This document shows, piece after piece, positions 9,042 through 18,701 of a DNA stretch of 58,085 bases. The DNA is from a virus (lineage: Duplodnaviria > Caudoviricetes). The position numbers and the translations under genes were made by a program. The stretch spans positions 1-58,085 of IMG/VR virus record IMGVR_UViG_3300043398_000262. One strand, given 5' to 3'. The notes below the pieces were generated by a model. The model was not told the origin of the DNA, ran no database searches, and was given only the letters and a program-made list of their open reading frames with translations. Positions within the stretch are counted from its first letter, which is position 1, and every line of letters begins with the position of its first letter.

Positions 9042-9767
9042 TTAGCGCTTTTGGAGCCAGCAATCCAAGAACGGCTGGTCCTTGGGCAGCGGCCCATACT
9101 GGCAGTTGACCTGGTTGCTGGCTGCTCCAGTGATGACAACACCGGCAAATGGCAGCTCGACTCGAGAGCAGAACGTTGCCCAAGTGTTGTACGAGCGCAC
9201 TGACGTCCAGAACCAGCCGACCTGCGCCAGCGGCCCTCCTAGGTCCTGTGAGCGCCATTGGCTGGGCACGTCATTCAGCTTCAACGAGCGCGGACACCCG
9301 ACGTCACGGTACTCCTGTCGGGTATTCACGCAGGTAGCGCCCCAGAAGTTGCTGTAGCATCGGAACGTATCCGTAGCTGGAAAGACGTACTTGTTCACCA
9401 ATGACATCTGACGTGGGTCGCGCGCTCGATACCAAGAGCCCCAGCTGAAGCGGTCCCACAGTCCTGTCACACCGATGTTATAAACCCACACGTCGTTGTA
9501 GCTTTCCCAGCCCAAATAGTGCTGAGGCGTCAGCTTCATAGACAGCGGCAGTAGTGCAAAATCTGCATCAGTAGGAATCGCCGTCGGCTCTGCTCGGCTG
9601 CCGTTCTGTTTGTCGGTAATAGCCGGCCCGGCGTCGATGATTGGCTCGCTGTCGTAAATGACTTCGTCCACCTGGTCGTTGTGCATGACGTCCGAATCAT
9701 AGTCGGCGCATGCTACTGAAATCATCATAGATATCGCCACTGCGATGTATTTGTACGTGTTGGTCAT
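9042..9767 (-). CDS. Putative lipoprotein with Cys-rich C-terminal domain
   Basis: Signal peptide ending in SVAC lipobox, acidic DAG linker, six further Cys. Confidence 0.7.
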   Translation of the reverse strand: MTNTYKYIAVAISMMISVACADYDSDVMHNDQVDEVIYDSEPIIDAGPAITDKQNGSRAEPTAIPTDADFALLPLSMKLTPQHYLGWESYNDVWVYNIGVTGLWDRFSWGSWYRARDPRQMSLVNKYVFPATDTFRCYSNFWGATCVNTRQEYRDVGCPRSLKLNDVPSQWRSQDLGGPLAQVGWFWTSVRSYNTWATFCSRVELPFAGVVITGAASNQVNCQYGPLPKDQPFLDCWLQKR

Positions 9768-10006
9768 CCGTGCACACTAGCAGCTTTGCATTCCGGCTGG
9801 TCGACACTTGCTGGGATTCGGTGGATGACCCCATGAAGGCCCTCAGGAAGCGTCTGGAGTCGCCCAAAGGCTTTGGCCAGGGGGACGTAGCCATCGCGAC
9901 CAAGTTCGACTTAGCTAGCACTGCGCTACTGGCAAACCACCAGGGGCGAGGCGTCCGGCGTATCCGCCGCAGCGACCGTACCTTGAAGCCTGTGACAGTC
10001 AACTAG

Positions 10007-10668
10007 CTAGCGAGCTGGGCGCGGGGAGGCGGGCTTATTGGCAGCTCGCATCAGCGCCAGTCCGCACCGGGCACACAGCGGATGGGTGTCGTATCGACTG
10101 ACCAGCACCAAGTCGACCAAGGACGTATGCGTCGACTTGCAGTGCGGGCACCGACTGCCGACCAAACCTCGGGCGTTCTCTAGCGTTTGTAGCTGGGTAG
10201 TCATCTGAACTCCGACGAGACGATTTGCTCGGTTAGCTCTTTCAAGGCCTCTAGTTCCGCAGCCGTGGCATTCCCCAACGAGGCCTTGCGAACCATCTCC
10301 ACATAAGTGGGGAGCCCGTCAGCGCAGGCTGGACAGTACGTTGAGTACAGCAGCGCCTTGTGTGTGCGCCAGTGATTACGACAGAAGCCCATTTGCCTGT
10401 CAGAATACGCCATTTGTTCTCTCCTTGTTGTGCCTAGAACTCAACCAGCCAACCGGCTCATCAGCCGAGCAACCGCGCGCTCAGACGCCTGGTTGACGGT
10501 CTCGGGGGCCAACGCAGCCATGTCCTGCTCCCAACTGCGCGCCAGCTTGCGGTCAGCCAGACGTTCACGCACTCGACGTGCGATGGCCAACCGATAATCG
10601 ACATGGTTGGCTGCGTAGCTGGGGCGTGCGGTCAGTCCGGTCTGGTTGGTCGTTGCTGCGTTGTCCAT
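10007..10668 (-). CDS. Small early-type ORFs (10007-10204 CPHC/CARC, 10201-10413 CRNH/CPAC, 10441-10668)
   Basis: Zn-ribbon-like motifs; GGAGAG RBS before 10413; TTGACG promoter-like sequence before 10668. Confidence 0.55.
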
Positions 10669-10811
10669 GAGTTAATGTTCAGGCATATCGCGCCAGCCGT
10701 CAATAGGTTGTCACATTCCCCTGGTGGACCCGAGCCGGGAGCTGTGGGCGGCAACTTCTTGGCGCGCGGTTTCTTCGGGCTTGGTGTTCTTGGCCAACTC
10801 GCTCAGTGCCA

Positions 10812-11132
10812 TCAACTTGTCGACCTTGGTGTTTTGAGCGCTGTTACGACGCGTTCTTGGAACCAATCAGGCATCTGCTCCATCTGGTCAATACGGCTAT
10901 GGTGCCTGGAGGACAGCCGGTTAAGACGATGCTCGAACACCATGTTGTCGACGGCCTCTGCCATGTCCTCGCCAAACCCGACAGCCACCAGCCGACTGCG
11001 CTGATTGCCATCTGTGCGCATCAGAGCGGCGGATACGGTTTGCACGTACGCATTACCGTTGGGTCCGCGATGAACCTCGGTGCGGCGTACGATGCTGATA
11101 TGGAATGGCTTGAATCGTTTATGGCTGGGCAT
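10812..11132 (-). CDS. Hypothetical protein
   Basis: 106 aa with GGAG RBS. Confidence 0.5.
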   Translation of the reverse strand: MPSHKRFKPFHISIVRRTEVHRGPNGNAYVQTVSAALMRTDGNQRSRLVAVGFGEDMAEAVDNMVFEHRLNRLSSRHHSRIDQMEQMPDWFQERVVTALKTPRSTS

Positions 11133-11233
11133 ATCGTCTCCGTTCTATTGCCAGAATACGCCTAGCTACCAGAAATTCGCCACCAGAAAATGCACGTTGA
11201 CGACTGCGACGTGGTTGGGCGTAGAATAGCTGC

Positions 11234-11632
11234 ATGACCGACAGCACGAACAAGACAAATCCGAGTACGGCCATAAAGGCCCCACCAGGCCGTAGAACCG
11301 TCGACGTAGCCGCGTGGCTAGCGAAGCATGAGCTTCTAGAGGAGCATGGGTTGGACGACGAACAGCCCGCAGAAGCCATTCTGGGGTCATTGCCAGGCAT
11401 TCGCGAGCCTGGGGTTCGTACCGATGCCCAGCGCCCCATCAACGCCACGCGTTCTGCGTCCAAGCTGGCGCCCAACGATTACCAGAAGCGGTGCCGGGTA
11501 GCGATGGAGCGCGAGGAGCAGCGTTCGGTGGTTGGTCAGCGTGGCGTGCGCGCCATGCACACATTGGTCATGGATGGACCCGCAATGCCCACGATGGACG
11601 TACGTATGCGAGGAACGGAGTATAAGCAGTAG
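11234..11632 (+). CDS. Hypothetical protein
   Basis: 132 aa; TTGACG-19-TAGAAT-6-ATG upstream; converges on 11637 without overlap. Confidence 0.55.
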   Translation: MTDSTNKTNPSTAIKAPPGRRTVDVAAWLAKHELLEEHGLDDEQPAEAILGSLPGIREPGVRTDAQRPINATRSASKLAPNDYQKRCRVAMEREEQRSVVGQRGVRAMHTLVMDGPAMPTMDVRMRGTEYKQ

Positions 11633-11636
11633 CTGG

Positions 11637-13043
11637 CTACTTGGCCACGAACTTGGTTCGAACACCCAAAGCTGCGGCTTCGGCATCGACAGCAGCGCAC
11701 AGCTTGGACGCAAACGTGGTCAAGTCAGTCGGGTTTGATGAGCCGATGGTGATACCGTCGTGGCTGTGTATCGCGACATAGCCTAAGTCGCACACCAGCC
11801 GTGCTTCCTCGTAAGCACGCGCCATCAGCCGTAGCTCATATGTCGAGGCGATGAAGTGCGCCAACGTTGACGGGTTCATGTTGCCGAGCTGGGTCGGGAC
11901 GCCGTACGCATCCACCAGATGCCCCATGCGCTTGGCGCGCTGGGCGATGGCTTTACAGGTTGCTCGTAGTTCCTTGGCTAGCGGACTGCGGCTGATGGTC
12001 GAGGCCAGCTCAGACGGGACGTTGTTGGCGACCAATAGCTGAATCATCTTCTGTGCTCTGGCGCCATACATTTGGCTATAGACGGCTTCTTTCAACTGGT
12101 CTTTGTCCAAAGCCGTCCCAGCGTTCAGCAGCTTGATTACCTGGGGCCATACCGAACCATCTGTGGACTCTAGAACGATATCCAGCATGGGCGTCTCCAG
12201 CGCCAAGCGACGGCAGATGACCTGGTGAATTGCCAGATGAGCAGCTCGCAAGTCCAGGTCTACCCAGTCGGGGCGTAGAATGCGGCGCATGGCGCTGGGC
12301 ATTAGCTGCCAGCCTGTATTGGCGTCTCCTAGCCTGGAGGTGTGACGATTGGCAGCTGGGCTGTACCAGGGTAGTTGCCCGTCTTTGCAGGACTGTACCT
12401 GGGCCCCTAGACGCATCAGCGTGACGATGTTCGTATCGGAGTTGTCTGGGTATTGCTGTTCAGCCCAATCCTGAGCAGCGTCGATGTTGTGGGTTTCTAG
12501 GATGTAGTTGCTGGTCCGAGCATGGCGCTTGAAGTAATCCAGTATCCACTTCTGGTCTTGGATGAAGGTAGGTGTTCGTTCTGGCATGGCGTAATTGCCT
12601 CTGGGAAGACCAGTTTTGATATGGACGTCGGAATCGGCCTGAGACCAGCGGCGTCGTGACCTTAGTTTGTACGCAGAAGCCAACGATTTCAACGTGATTG
12701 CTCTGGTTTTGTTGCCGGAGTCGAATGGGCCGTTGAACTGGTAATCGAGCACCTGCTCGCCTTTGGCGGCTGCGTACTGCTGGAGCCAGTCAGCATTGTC
12801 CAGCGTCTGTTTCGCGTTGGCTTTGTGATGCCCCAGGCGACATTGGTTGATGACTTGGTAGGATACTGGGGCCGTTGGTTCACCATCTAGTCGTTCATCC
12901 TCCAGCCGGAAGTGGCCTCGTAGTGCGAAGCTCTCCAAGGCGGCGTAATCGTCGCTAGGGTTCTCGAGCAACAGCTCAGCTCGGACGTCTGGGGCAACAA
13001 ACATCCAATGTGGCTGAGCGGGCAACTTGTCTGGAGGTGACAT
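11637..13043 (-). CDS. Divergent family A polymerase-fold protein lacking an exonuclease domain
   Basis: Motif A WVDLDLRAAHLAI, motif B LKEAVYSQMYGA (K-x7-YG), motif C IHSHDGITI in the correct order in the C-terminal half; no ExoI-III motifs seen. Confidence 0.75.
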   Translation of the reverse strand: MSPPDKLPAQPHWMFVAPDVRAELLLENPSDDYAALESFALRGHFRLEDERLDGEPTAPVSYQVINQCRLGHHKANAKQTLDNADWLQQYAAAKGEQVLDYQFNGPFDSGNKTRAITLKSLASAYKLRSRRRWSQADSDVHIKTGLPRGNYAMPERTPTFIQDQKWILDYFKRHARTSNYILETHNIDAAQDWAEQQYPDNSDTNIVTLMRLGAQVQSCKDGQLPWYSPAANRHTSRLGDANTGWQLMPSAMRRILRPDWVDLDLRAAHLAIHQVICRRLALETPMLDIVLESTDGSVWPQVIKLLNAGTALDKDQLKEAVYSQMYGARAQKMIQLLVANNVPSELASTISRSPLAKELRATCKAIAQRAKRMGHLVDAYGVPTQLGNMNPSTLAHFIASTYELRLMARAYEEARLVCDLGYVAIHSHDGITIGSSNPTDLTTFASKLCAAVDAEAAALGVRTKFVAK

Positions 13044-13281
13044 TAGTCAGAAACTATAGCAGCACCTAGAGCTAGCCGTGGACAACTAAAGACGCCAAAG
13101 AACACTCTCTGAATAAGGCGGCCCCGCCAAGGCTACACACCTCATATAACTACGCGTACTTAGGTGGTCTGTAAACCTGAGTATTGAGAACGCATTCTCA
13201 TCGACTAATCTGTCGTCTTGTTCATCTAGACTACCTCAGCGCACCTCGGTTGCTTTCTACCTAAATTCACCCCTAGAAGAC

Positions 13282-13333
13282 TCTTAGTTCGCTTTTTCCT
13301 AACCGGTTCTTAGTTCGCTTTTTCCTAACCGGT
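13282..13333. repeat. Perfect 26-bp tandem duplication
   Basis: tcttagttcgctttttcctaaccggt at 13282-13307 and 13308-13333. Confidence 0.95.
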
Positions 13334-13686
13334 TCATAAGACGCCCCCTAGCGCGCAAGTGCAACAGTACCCTGGTGATGGCCGATAACGACGGCTTATC
13401 GCTCGCTAGGCTCGCGATGTTCGCTCCTACGGAGCTCACCACGGCTTCGCTACGCTCCAGCCGCTATCGGTGAGCTCGGGCGCCAGCCGACCCCATACCC
13501 CCCGGCCGCTGCCGGCTTTGAGCCGATATGAATACGGTTCCGAAAAATCTGTCTCTGCCGACTAGATGGCATATACTACCCATGCGTACATTACTTGTAC
13601 CGTAAATGCCCGTTGTCGCCGGCTAGCCAACGATGTGCAGATTTTGCACGTAGCCGCTGTAATGACGACTTGGCTCATCAGCGGAA

Positions 13687-13785
13687 CAACACCCCAATGG
13701 GGTGTTGGCCAGTTATATTTTCTTAGTGTGACACTTCTGTCACACCTGGACCTTAGCCTGCAGGCACTGTGACGCCGCTGTCACA
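13687..13785. promoter_or_regulatory. Palindrome cluster (putative operator/origin sites)
   Basis: caacacccca-a-tggggtgttg (13687-13707); gtgtgaca-cttc-tgtcacac (13726-13745); tgtgac-gccgct-gtcaca (13768-13785). Confidence 0.6.
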
Positions 13786-13823
13786 CCGGGCTAGGAGCCG
13801 TCCTGAACCGTCAACATGGCTGG

Positions 13824-14228
13824 ATGGCAGCCGACGACGATACGACGGTCTATGAGCGCTCAATAGCCGACCTACGCCAAGCGTTCCGAGCTATCGACCT
13901 GGTGTTCTTTGGCGGCGCCTGCGGGCTGGATGGAGTGCGCATCAGGTGGCGTCGGTACGTCAAACGCAAGGATGAGTTTCTCTGGGGTCAGTACTTTCCC
14001 GACACCAAGCATATCGAGATAAACGACAGGCTAAGAGAGCACGATGTTCCAGATTACGTTCTGCTACACATCATACATCATGAGTGCTTGCATCACGTAA
14101 TCTCGTTTGACCATGACACCAAGTTCAACGAAGCCGAGTCGCGCTACCCGTGGCATTGGAAAGCCGAGAAATGGGAAGACGAGTTCATGCTGGCGATGGG
14201 AAAGCCTGTTACGCTGAAATTATGCTGA
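13824..14228 (+). CDS. SprT/YgjP-like zinc metallopeptidase
   Basis: WGQY...IEIN..L....VPDYVL..IIHHECLH....H...F. Confidence 0.8.
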   Translation: MAADDDTTVYERSIADLRQAFRAIDLVFFGGACGLDGVRIRWRRYVKRKDEFLWGQYFPDTKHIEINDRLREHDVPDYVLLHIIHHECLHHVISFDHDTKFNEAESRYPWHWKAEKWEDEFMLAMGKPVTLKLC

Positions 14229-14404
14229 CTAAGCCCGTAGAATTGCACCGAACAATCGAGGCGGCTGCCGAAGCTGCGCATGACACGTACTACCATATAA
14301 CACCCGACACGTCGGATATGGGCTATGCTTTTCTCAGCCAACGAGAAAAGCAGCATTGGCGCGAGGTTGTGCTGGCTGTACTGGGCGCAGTCGATAAATC
14401 GTGA
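14222..14404 (+). CDS. Small hypothetical protein
   Basis: Start moved to ATG 14222, which overlaps the upstream gene end. Confidence 0.5.
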   Translation: MLTKPVELHRTIEAAAEAAHDTYYHITPDTSDMGYAFLSQREKQHWREVVLAVLGAVDKS

Positions 14405-14448
14405 TGCCTGCGGGAAGCATACGTCCGGCAATGCCGTATAGTCACAAC

Positions 14449-14673
14449 ATGAACAACATTCTAGTTGCCTGCGTAATCGCAATCTCTGTAACCGCTCTGG
14501 GGTGCCATGGCTGCCCGTTGCTGCCGACTCCGGTCGATGGTGGCGCCGATGCTGGCTCCCAGCCTATGGACGCCTCCACGGAGCTCCTGGACGCCAGCGT
14601 GCCGGCCGACCCGGTCTCCGGCATGGACGCCGGGTTGGAGCAGCCGCCGGTCATCATGGAGCCGGCACCGTGA
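14449..14673 (+). CDS. Small lipoprotein with DAG/DAS repeats
   Basis: MNNILVACVIAISVTALGC lipobox, then DGGADAG..DAS..DAS..DAG; TATAGT 6 nt before the ATG. Confidence 0.65.
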   Translation: MNNILVACVIAISVTALGCHGCPLLPTPVDGGADAGSQPMDASTELLDASVPADPVSGMDAGLEQPPVIMEPAP

Positions 14674-14822
14674 GCCGCTGGAGCTGGGCGACCGTGGTCG
14701 ATGCCTGGACCACGGTCATGGTTGCCGGTATCGCCGGCTTGGCGCTGGGTGAGTGGCTATTGCGGTAATCCGGTACTGGCGGCTAGTTGACTTGCCGGCT
14801 CACCTAGCTACCATACGTTTAT

Positions 14823-15101
14823 ATGGTATCTTGCTTAGCCCGTAACCCCCCCAGGTCAATTAAGTCGATTTGTCGAGCGTCTGGTATTCCGCTGGACGGC
14901 CATTCTCGAGCCGACGTAGCCGCGTTCTTGGATTCGGCGCTGTTCAATCTGTGGGAAGCAGCCTGTAACCAGCACGGCGGCGAATATGCCGCCTGTATGA
15001 TGTGGCTGGTGGTCAGCTGTGACCCACGATTCGCGATTCCTTATTGGCTTCAGTGCCGATTACGTGCACACTCCAGAGCAGTACTTCAACTAGCGGGGTA
15101 G
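14823..15101 (+). CDS. Hypothetical protein
   Basis: TTGACT-16-TACCAT-8-ATG promoter-like sequence upstream. Confidence 0.45.
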   Translation: MVSCLARNPPRSIKSICRASGIPLDGHSRADVAAFLDSALFNLWEAACNQHGGEYAACMMWLVVSCDPRFAIPYWLQCRLRAHSRAVLQLAG

Positions 15102-15438
15102 CGTATGCCTGAAAATTGCACCAAGGTCGCCTTTACGCGAGCCAACGCAAAGAAATGCGCTTTGCTGTGGCGCCAGCGGGCGTATCGGTGACATGGTCAC
15201 GTGCTATTTCCGGGCATACGACAAGCGGCACCAATTCAGCGTCCCCAGCGGCACGGTTGGCCAGCTGGTGGCTATCGACCCGGCGTATTGGGACGGTGTG
15301 CGGTTTCAGGACGTCGCCACGGTGATGTTTGCCCACCACCAGCCGCCCTTCTCGGCGCGCGTTCGGCTGGAGTCGCTACAGTTGGCTGGTGGCGGGCCTG
15401 GGCCGCTATAGTCCGCTCTCTACTAGTGTGATTTGCGT

Positions 15439-15927
15439 ATGACCCAAGCTAAGCAAGCATCGGCACTGCCGGTCGAAGTTACCCCCATGACCCCAGCGGA
15501 CAAGAATTTCGTCCACTCGGCATGGAAAAAGTCTCACCGTCAGGCACCCAAGCAGGCCCAACTGCCGTCAAACGTCTATTATGGGCGCGCAAACCCCGAA
15601 ATTGACGATTTGATTGAGCATTCCAACGTTCTGGTGCTGCGAGACGCCGAGAAACCCGACTTTCTGTACGGTTTTATCGTATACGAGCTGGGCACCGACG
15701 CCATTTGCGTACACTTTACCTATGTAAAGCGCGACTGGAGACGTTACGGGCTGGCCAAGAAGCTGTTGGTGGCCGTCGTCCGTGCCGCTGACCGCGCCGG
15801 ACTGGACGTAGACAGCAGCAATCTGATGTATACGCATGAGTCTAGATTCAACGCAGTTGCCCAACGGCTGGATTTCACCTATGTGAACCCGTATCGCTGG
15901 GCGCGGAATCATCGGATTGTAAAATGA
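15439..15927 (+). CDS. GNAT-family acetyltransferase
   Basis: GFIVYE...VHFTYVKRDWRRYGLAKKLL acetyl-CoA binding motif A. Confidence 0.8.
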   Translation: MTQAKQASALPVEVTPMTPADKNFVHSAWKKSHRQAPKQAQLPSNVYYGRANPEIDDLIEHSNVLVLRDAEKPDFLYGFIVYELGTDAICVHFTYVKRDWRRYGLAKKLLVAVVRAADRAGLDVDSSNLMYTHESRFNAVAQRLDFTYVNPYRWARNHRIVK

Positions 15928-16788
15928 GCACGCAATTCAAGTTCGTTCGGCTGGCGAAGGAAATGCAGGACCCTGGTTTGGTGCGTGGTTCGACCAATAC
16001 CCGTGACGAGTTCTCGGCACCGGCATACGGACTGACGCTGGACGATAATCTACTGACCGTGACGCATATCGAATCCGGTATCACCCACGTTGTGCCGTGG
16101 AGCTGCGTACTGTACGCAATTCGGCTACCGGTTGCCGCTTCCGAGCCAGCCCCCAAGCCCCGAAAGGTCTCCAAATGAACGCAATAGAACAAGTTGTTTC
16201 CGTGCTGGCGACTAGTGATGGCCTAGGTGTAAAGAACGTGGCGTGCAGCTACGCCCCTGAAACCGGCAACATTCACTTTTTTTGCTCGCTTCAAGCCGCT
16301 GACAGGGCCCCAAGAGCGTTAGCGTTCAAGATTGCCCCGCCACATGACGAGCAGTCACTAGTGGACGCCATAACTACTGCGTATGACGAAGCCACTAGGA
16401 GCCTGGCATGAGCAATCAGGACGAACGCAAGAATGCTTTGGTGGGCGTCGACGCTGCCCCCATGATTCGCCAGGCGCAGCGCGAAATAGCCGAGGGTAGG
16501 CGTCAGATTCTTCGGCAAATCGAAGTTGACGGGCCCCGTGCCCAGACCAAGCTGACGCTGGATTGTATGTCGTTCAAGGAGCCGAACGGCGTGTTTCGGC
16601 TCGAGACCATCAAAGAACCGTTTGACGGCTGCGGCAACATTGTCGTACGCGAGCGGAACGAACGATTCCTGGCGGCAGAGATGCGCTGGGCTTTGGTCGC
16701 CAAGATGGTTGAGAACCGGTGGTGCAACGAGGCATCAGCCCGCACCCAGGCCTCGAACGCCGTTATCTTGATTCACGGGTCAGTATGA
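15924..16788 (+). CDS. Three coupled hypothetical ORFs (15924-16178, ~16175-16411, 16408-16788)
   Basis: ATGA overlaps link all three. Confidence 0.55.
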
Positions 16789-16897
16789 CGCTAGTGTTCG
16801 CTTACAGTTTGGTCGTATTGGTGCCTTGGGCGCTGGGCGTGTACCACTGGGCCGCAAACACGCCTGAGTTGTTTTACGGCAAGGACTTATCTCAGTA

Positions 16898-17626
16898 ATG
16901 GCACCCCGAAAGCGCAACCCCAATAGCGACCACCAAGGCGGCAACTACGACGGCACCATCCGTCGTCGTCAGACGGGCGGTAATGGCGGACCGTGGGATT
17001 ATACGGGCCGCGAAGAGGACATGGTGCTGCCCAAGTCCGGGGCAAATGAGGACGTGCCCAAGCCGTCTCTGGAGCACGTCCAGGTCAAGTGGGGCACCGC
17101 CAGCCGCAAAAGCCGTCTGAATCCAGATAACGTCCACCAGATGCAGCTACTGGTGGCAGCTGGTACGCCCATACCCACGGCTTGTACGGCCATCGGAGCC
17201 GGCCAGGCGTGGAAGCGGTGGAACACCGACGCTAGAGACCACGAGCGGCTGGGTATCCAGCCTGGTTGGGATGAGGACTGCAGCCCTGAGTTGTTCTGGC
17301 TGTACGCTATGGAGCAGGCCAAGGCGGCATTCGAGACGTCCATGGTAGCTAGGGTGGGCGCAGCTGCGGTTACCGATTGGCGAGCCGCTGCGTGGCTGCT
17401 GGAGCGTCGCGCCTCACAGCGCTGGTATCCACGCTCCAAGCTGGAGATACATGCCAACGGCGAGAAGCGAGCCGAAATCTCCGCTATGAGCATGTCCAAG
17501 CTGATTGATATTGCACGTGGCGTTATTCCCGACACGTCGGACATTAAGGTGCTACAGTCTGGCGATGACCCAGGGCATTCTGGTGGGCAGCGCGAGATTA
17601 TCGAGGCCGAAATCGACGAAGGGTGA
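16898..17626 (+). CDS. terS: Putative terminase small subunit
   Basis: HTH-like segment plus DWRAAAWLLERR motif typical of phage TerS; upstream of the portal. Confidence 0.65.
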   Translation: MAPRKRNPNSDHQGGNYDGTIRRRQTGGNGGPWDYTGREEDMVLPKSGANEDVPKPSLEHVQVKWGTASRKSRLNPDNVHQMQLLVAAGTPIPTACTAIGAGQAWKRWNTDARDHERLGIQPGWDEDCSPELFWLYAMEQAKAAFETSMVARVGAAAVTDWRAAAWLLERRASQRWYPRSKLEIHANGEKRAEISAMSMSKLIDIARGVIPDTSDIKVLQSGDDPGHSGGQREIIEAEIDEG

Positions 17627-18108
17627 CCAATGAGACCGATGCGTCAACCATCCCCATGCTGTCAGGCGAAGCGCCTTCATTCAGATAAATGGGACCGCTA
17701 CTACTGTTCGCAGTGTTTCGTCTGGCTTGAGAAGGCATGTACTTGCGCACTTGATAGCCGGTGCGAGTACGCTGGGTGCACTGCGGCTGACGCTTCGGAC
17801 CCAGCTGACCAATGAATCGAGGCTGAGTTAGAGGGAGTAGCGGATGAGCCGTACTACAAAGAAAGAGCCACCCAAGAAAGGCAGTGCGTGCCGTGGGTGT
17901 ACGTCTTGCAGTTGGTACCCCAGACGGCTCCAGGCTAACGGTAGGCGGCTAGAGAAGCTTCGCCGGTTGGAGCAGGCCCTGGAGAGCATAGAGGCCTGCG
18001 AATGATTGTCGCCATGGTCGTGGCCGCAATAGGCCTGGCCATGTTCGTCCTCAGGGCGTACCGAAAATAGAGTTGCGGCGCGCGGCTAAATAATCCATGC
18101 TGGTAAGC

Positions 18109-18462
18109 ATGTCCAATATTCTCACCAAGCGCGAAACCCCCCAGGTGCTTAACGCCAAGCGTCGCAAGTGCCTAGATGTCGCCCGCAAGATTCCTGCGCA
18201 GGATTTGCGCATTCTGCCGCTGGCCAACGCCTTTGGCGTCGGTGCCACGACTGTGCGGCGCTGGCTGAACGAAGCCGGCATTCACGTTGCAGCGCGGCGA
18301 GGCCGGCCCAAGGCCGGTCAGTCGATGGGCTTCAAGGAGATTGGCGAGCTGGTTGCCAGCTGCGAATCGATGGGGCAGAGTAACTTCGATTTTGCTGAGC
18401 AGCAGTCGACGTCACCTGACGAATCATGGAATGATGATGCGGACATGGAGCAACCCCAGTGA
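18109..18462 (+). CDS. HTH DNA-binding protein
   Basis: LANAFGVGATTVRRWL helix-turn-helix followed by an RRGRPK AT-hook-like motif. Confidence 0.6.
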   Translation: MSNILTKRETPQVLNAKRRKCLDVARKIPAQDLRILPLANAFGVGATTVRRWLNEAGIHVAARRGRPKAGQSMGFKEIGELVASCESMGQSNFDFAEQQSTSPDESWNDDADMEQPQ

Positions 18463-18677
18463 CTCCTGAGCAATTTGTGGCGCTGTGTAAGGAATTGCAT
18501 GCGCTGGGAGCCAGCGAAGTTCGCTTCGGCGAGAACTATTGTCGTTTCACGGTGGCTGTTCCGGTAGCCACCTTGGCGGCAGCCCGCCCGACGGCTCATG
18601 CCGCCCAGGTGGATGAGGACTTGTCGCCTGAGGACCGCAAGCGCAACCAGCGGCTCAGGGAATTGGGCCGCAAATAG
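18459..18677 (+). CDS. Hypothetical protein
   Basis: 72 aa, GTGA-coupled, directly before the portal. Confidence 0.55.
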   Translation: MTPEQFVALCKELHALGASEVRFGENYCRFTVAVPVATLAAARPTAHAAQVDEDLSPEDRKRNQRLRELGRK

Positions 18678-18701
18678 TACTGACAGGCCATCTTATGGAC
18701 A

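Noticed and set aside
11151-11189. Three CCAGAA(A/T) repeats in a divergent promoter region
   Set aside because: Short and could arise by chance; not seen at the other control regions
13185-13200. tgagaacgcattctca as a Fur box
   Set aside because: It is 16 nt rather than the 7-1-7 spacing and no iron-related genes are nearby; kept only as a generic palindrome
13282-13333. 26-bp repeat as a mini CRISPR array paired with the Cas4-like gene
   Set aside because: The copies are directly adjacent with no spacer, and no cas1/cas2 or other cas genes are present
13566-13772. 68-aa ORF in the strand-switch region
   Set aside because: No RBS or recognisable motif, and it overlaps palindromic regulatory-looking sites
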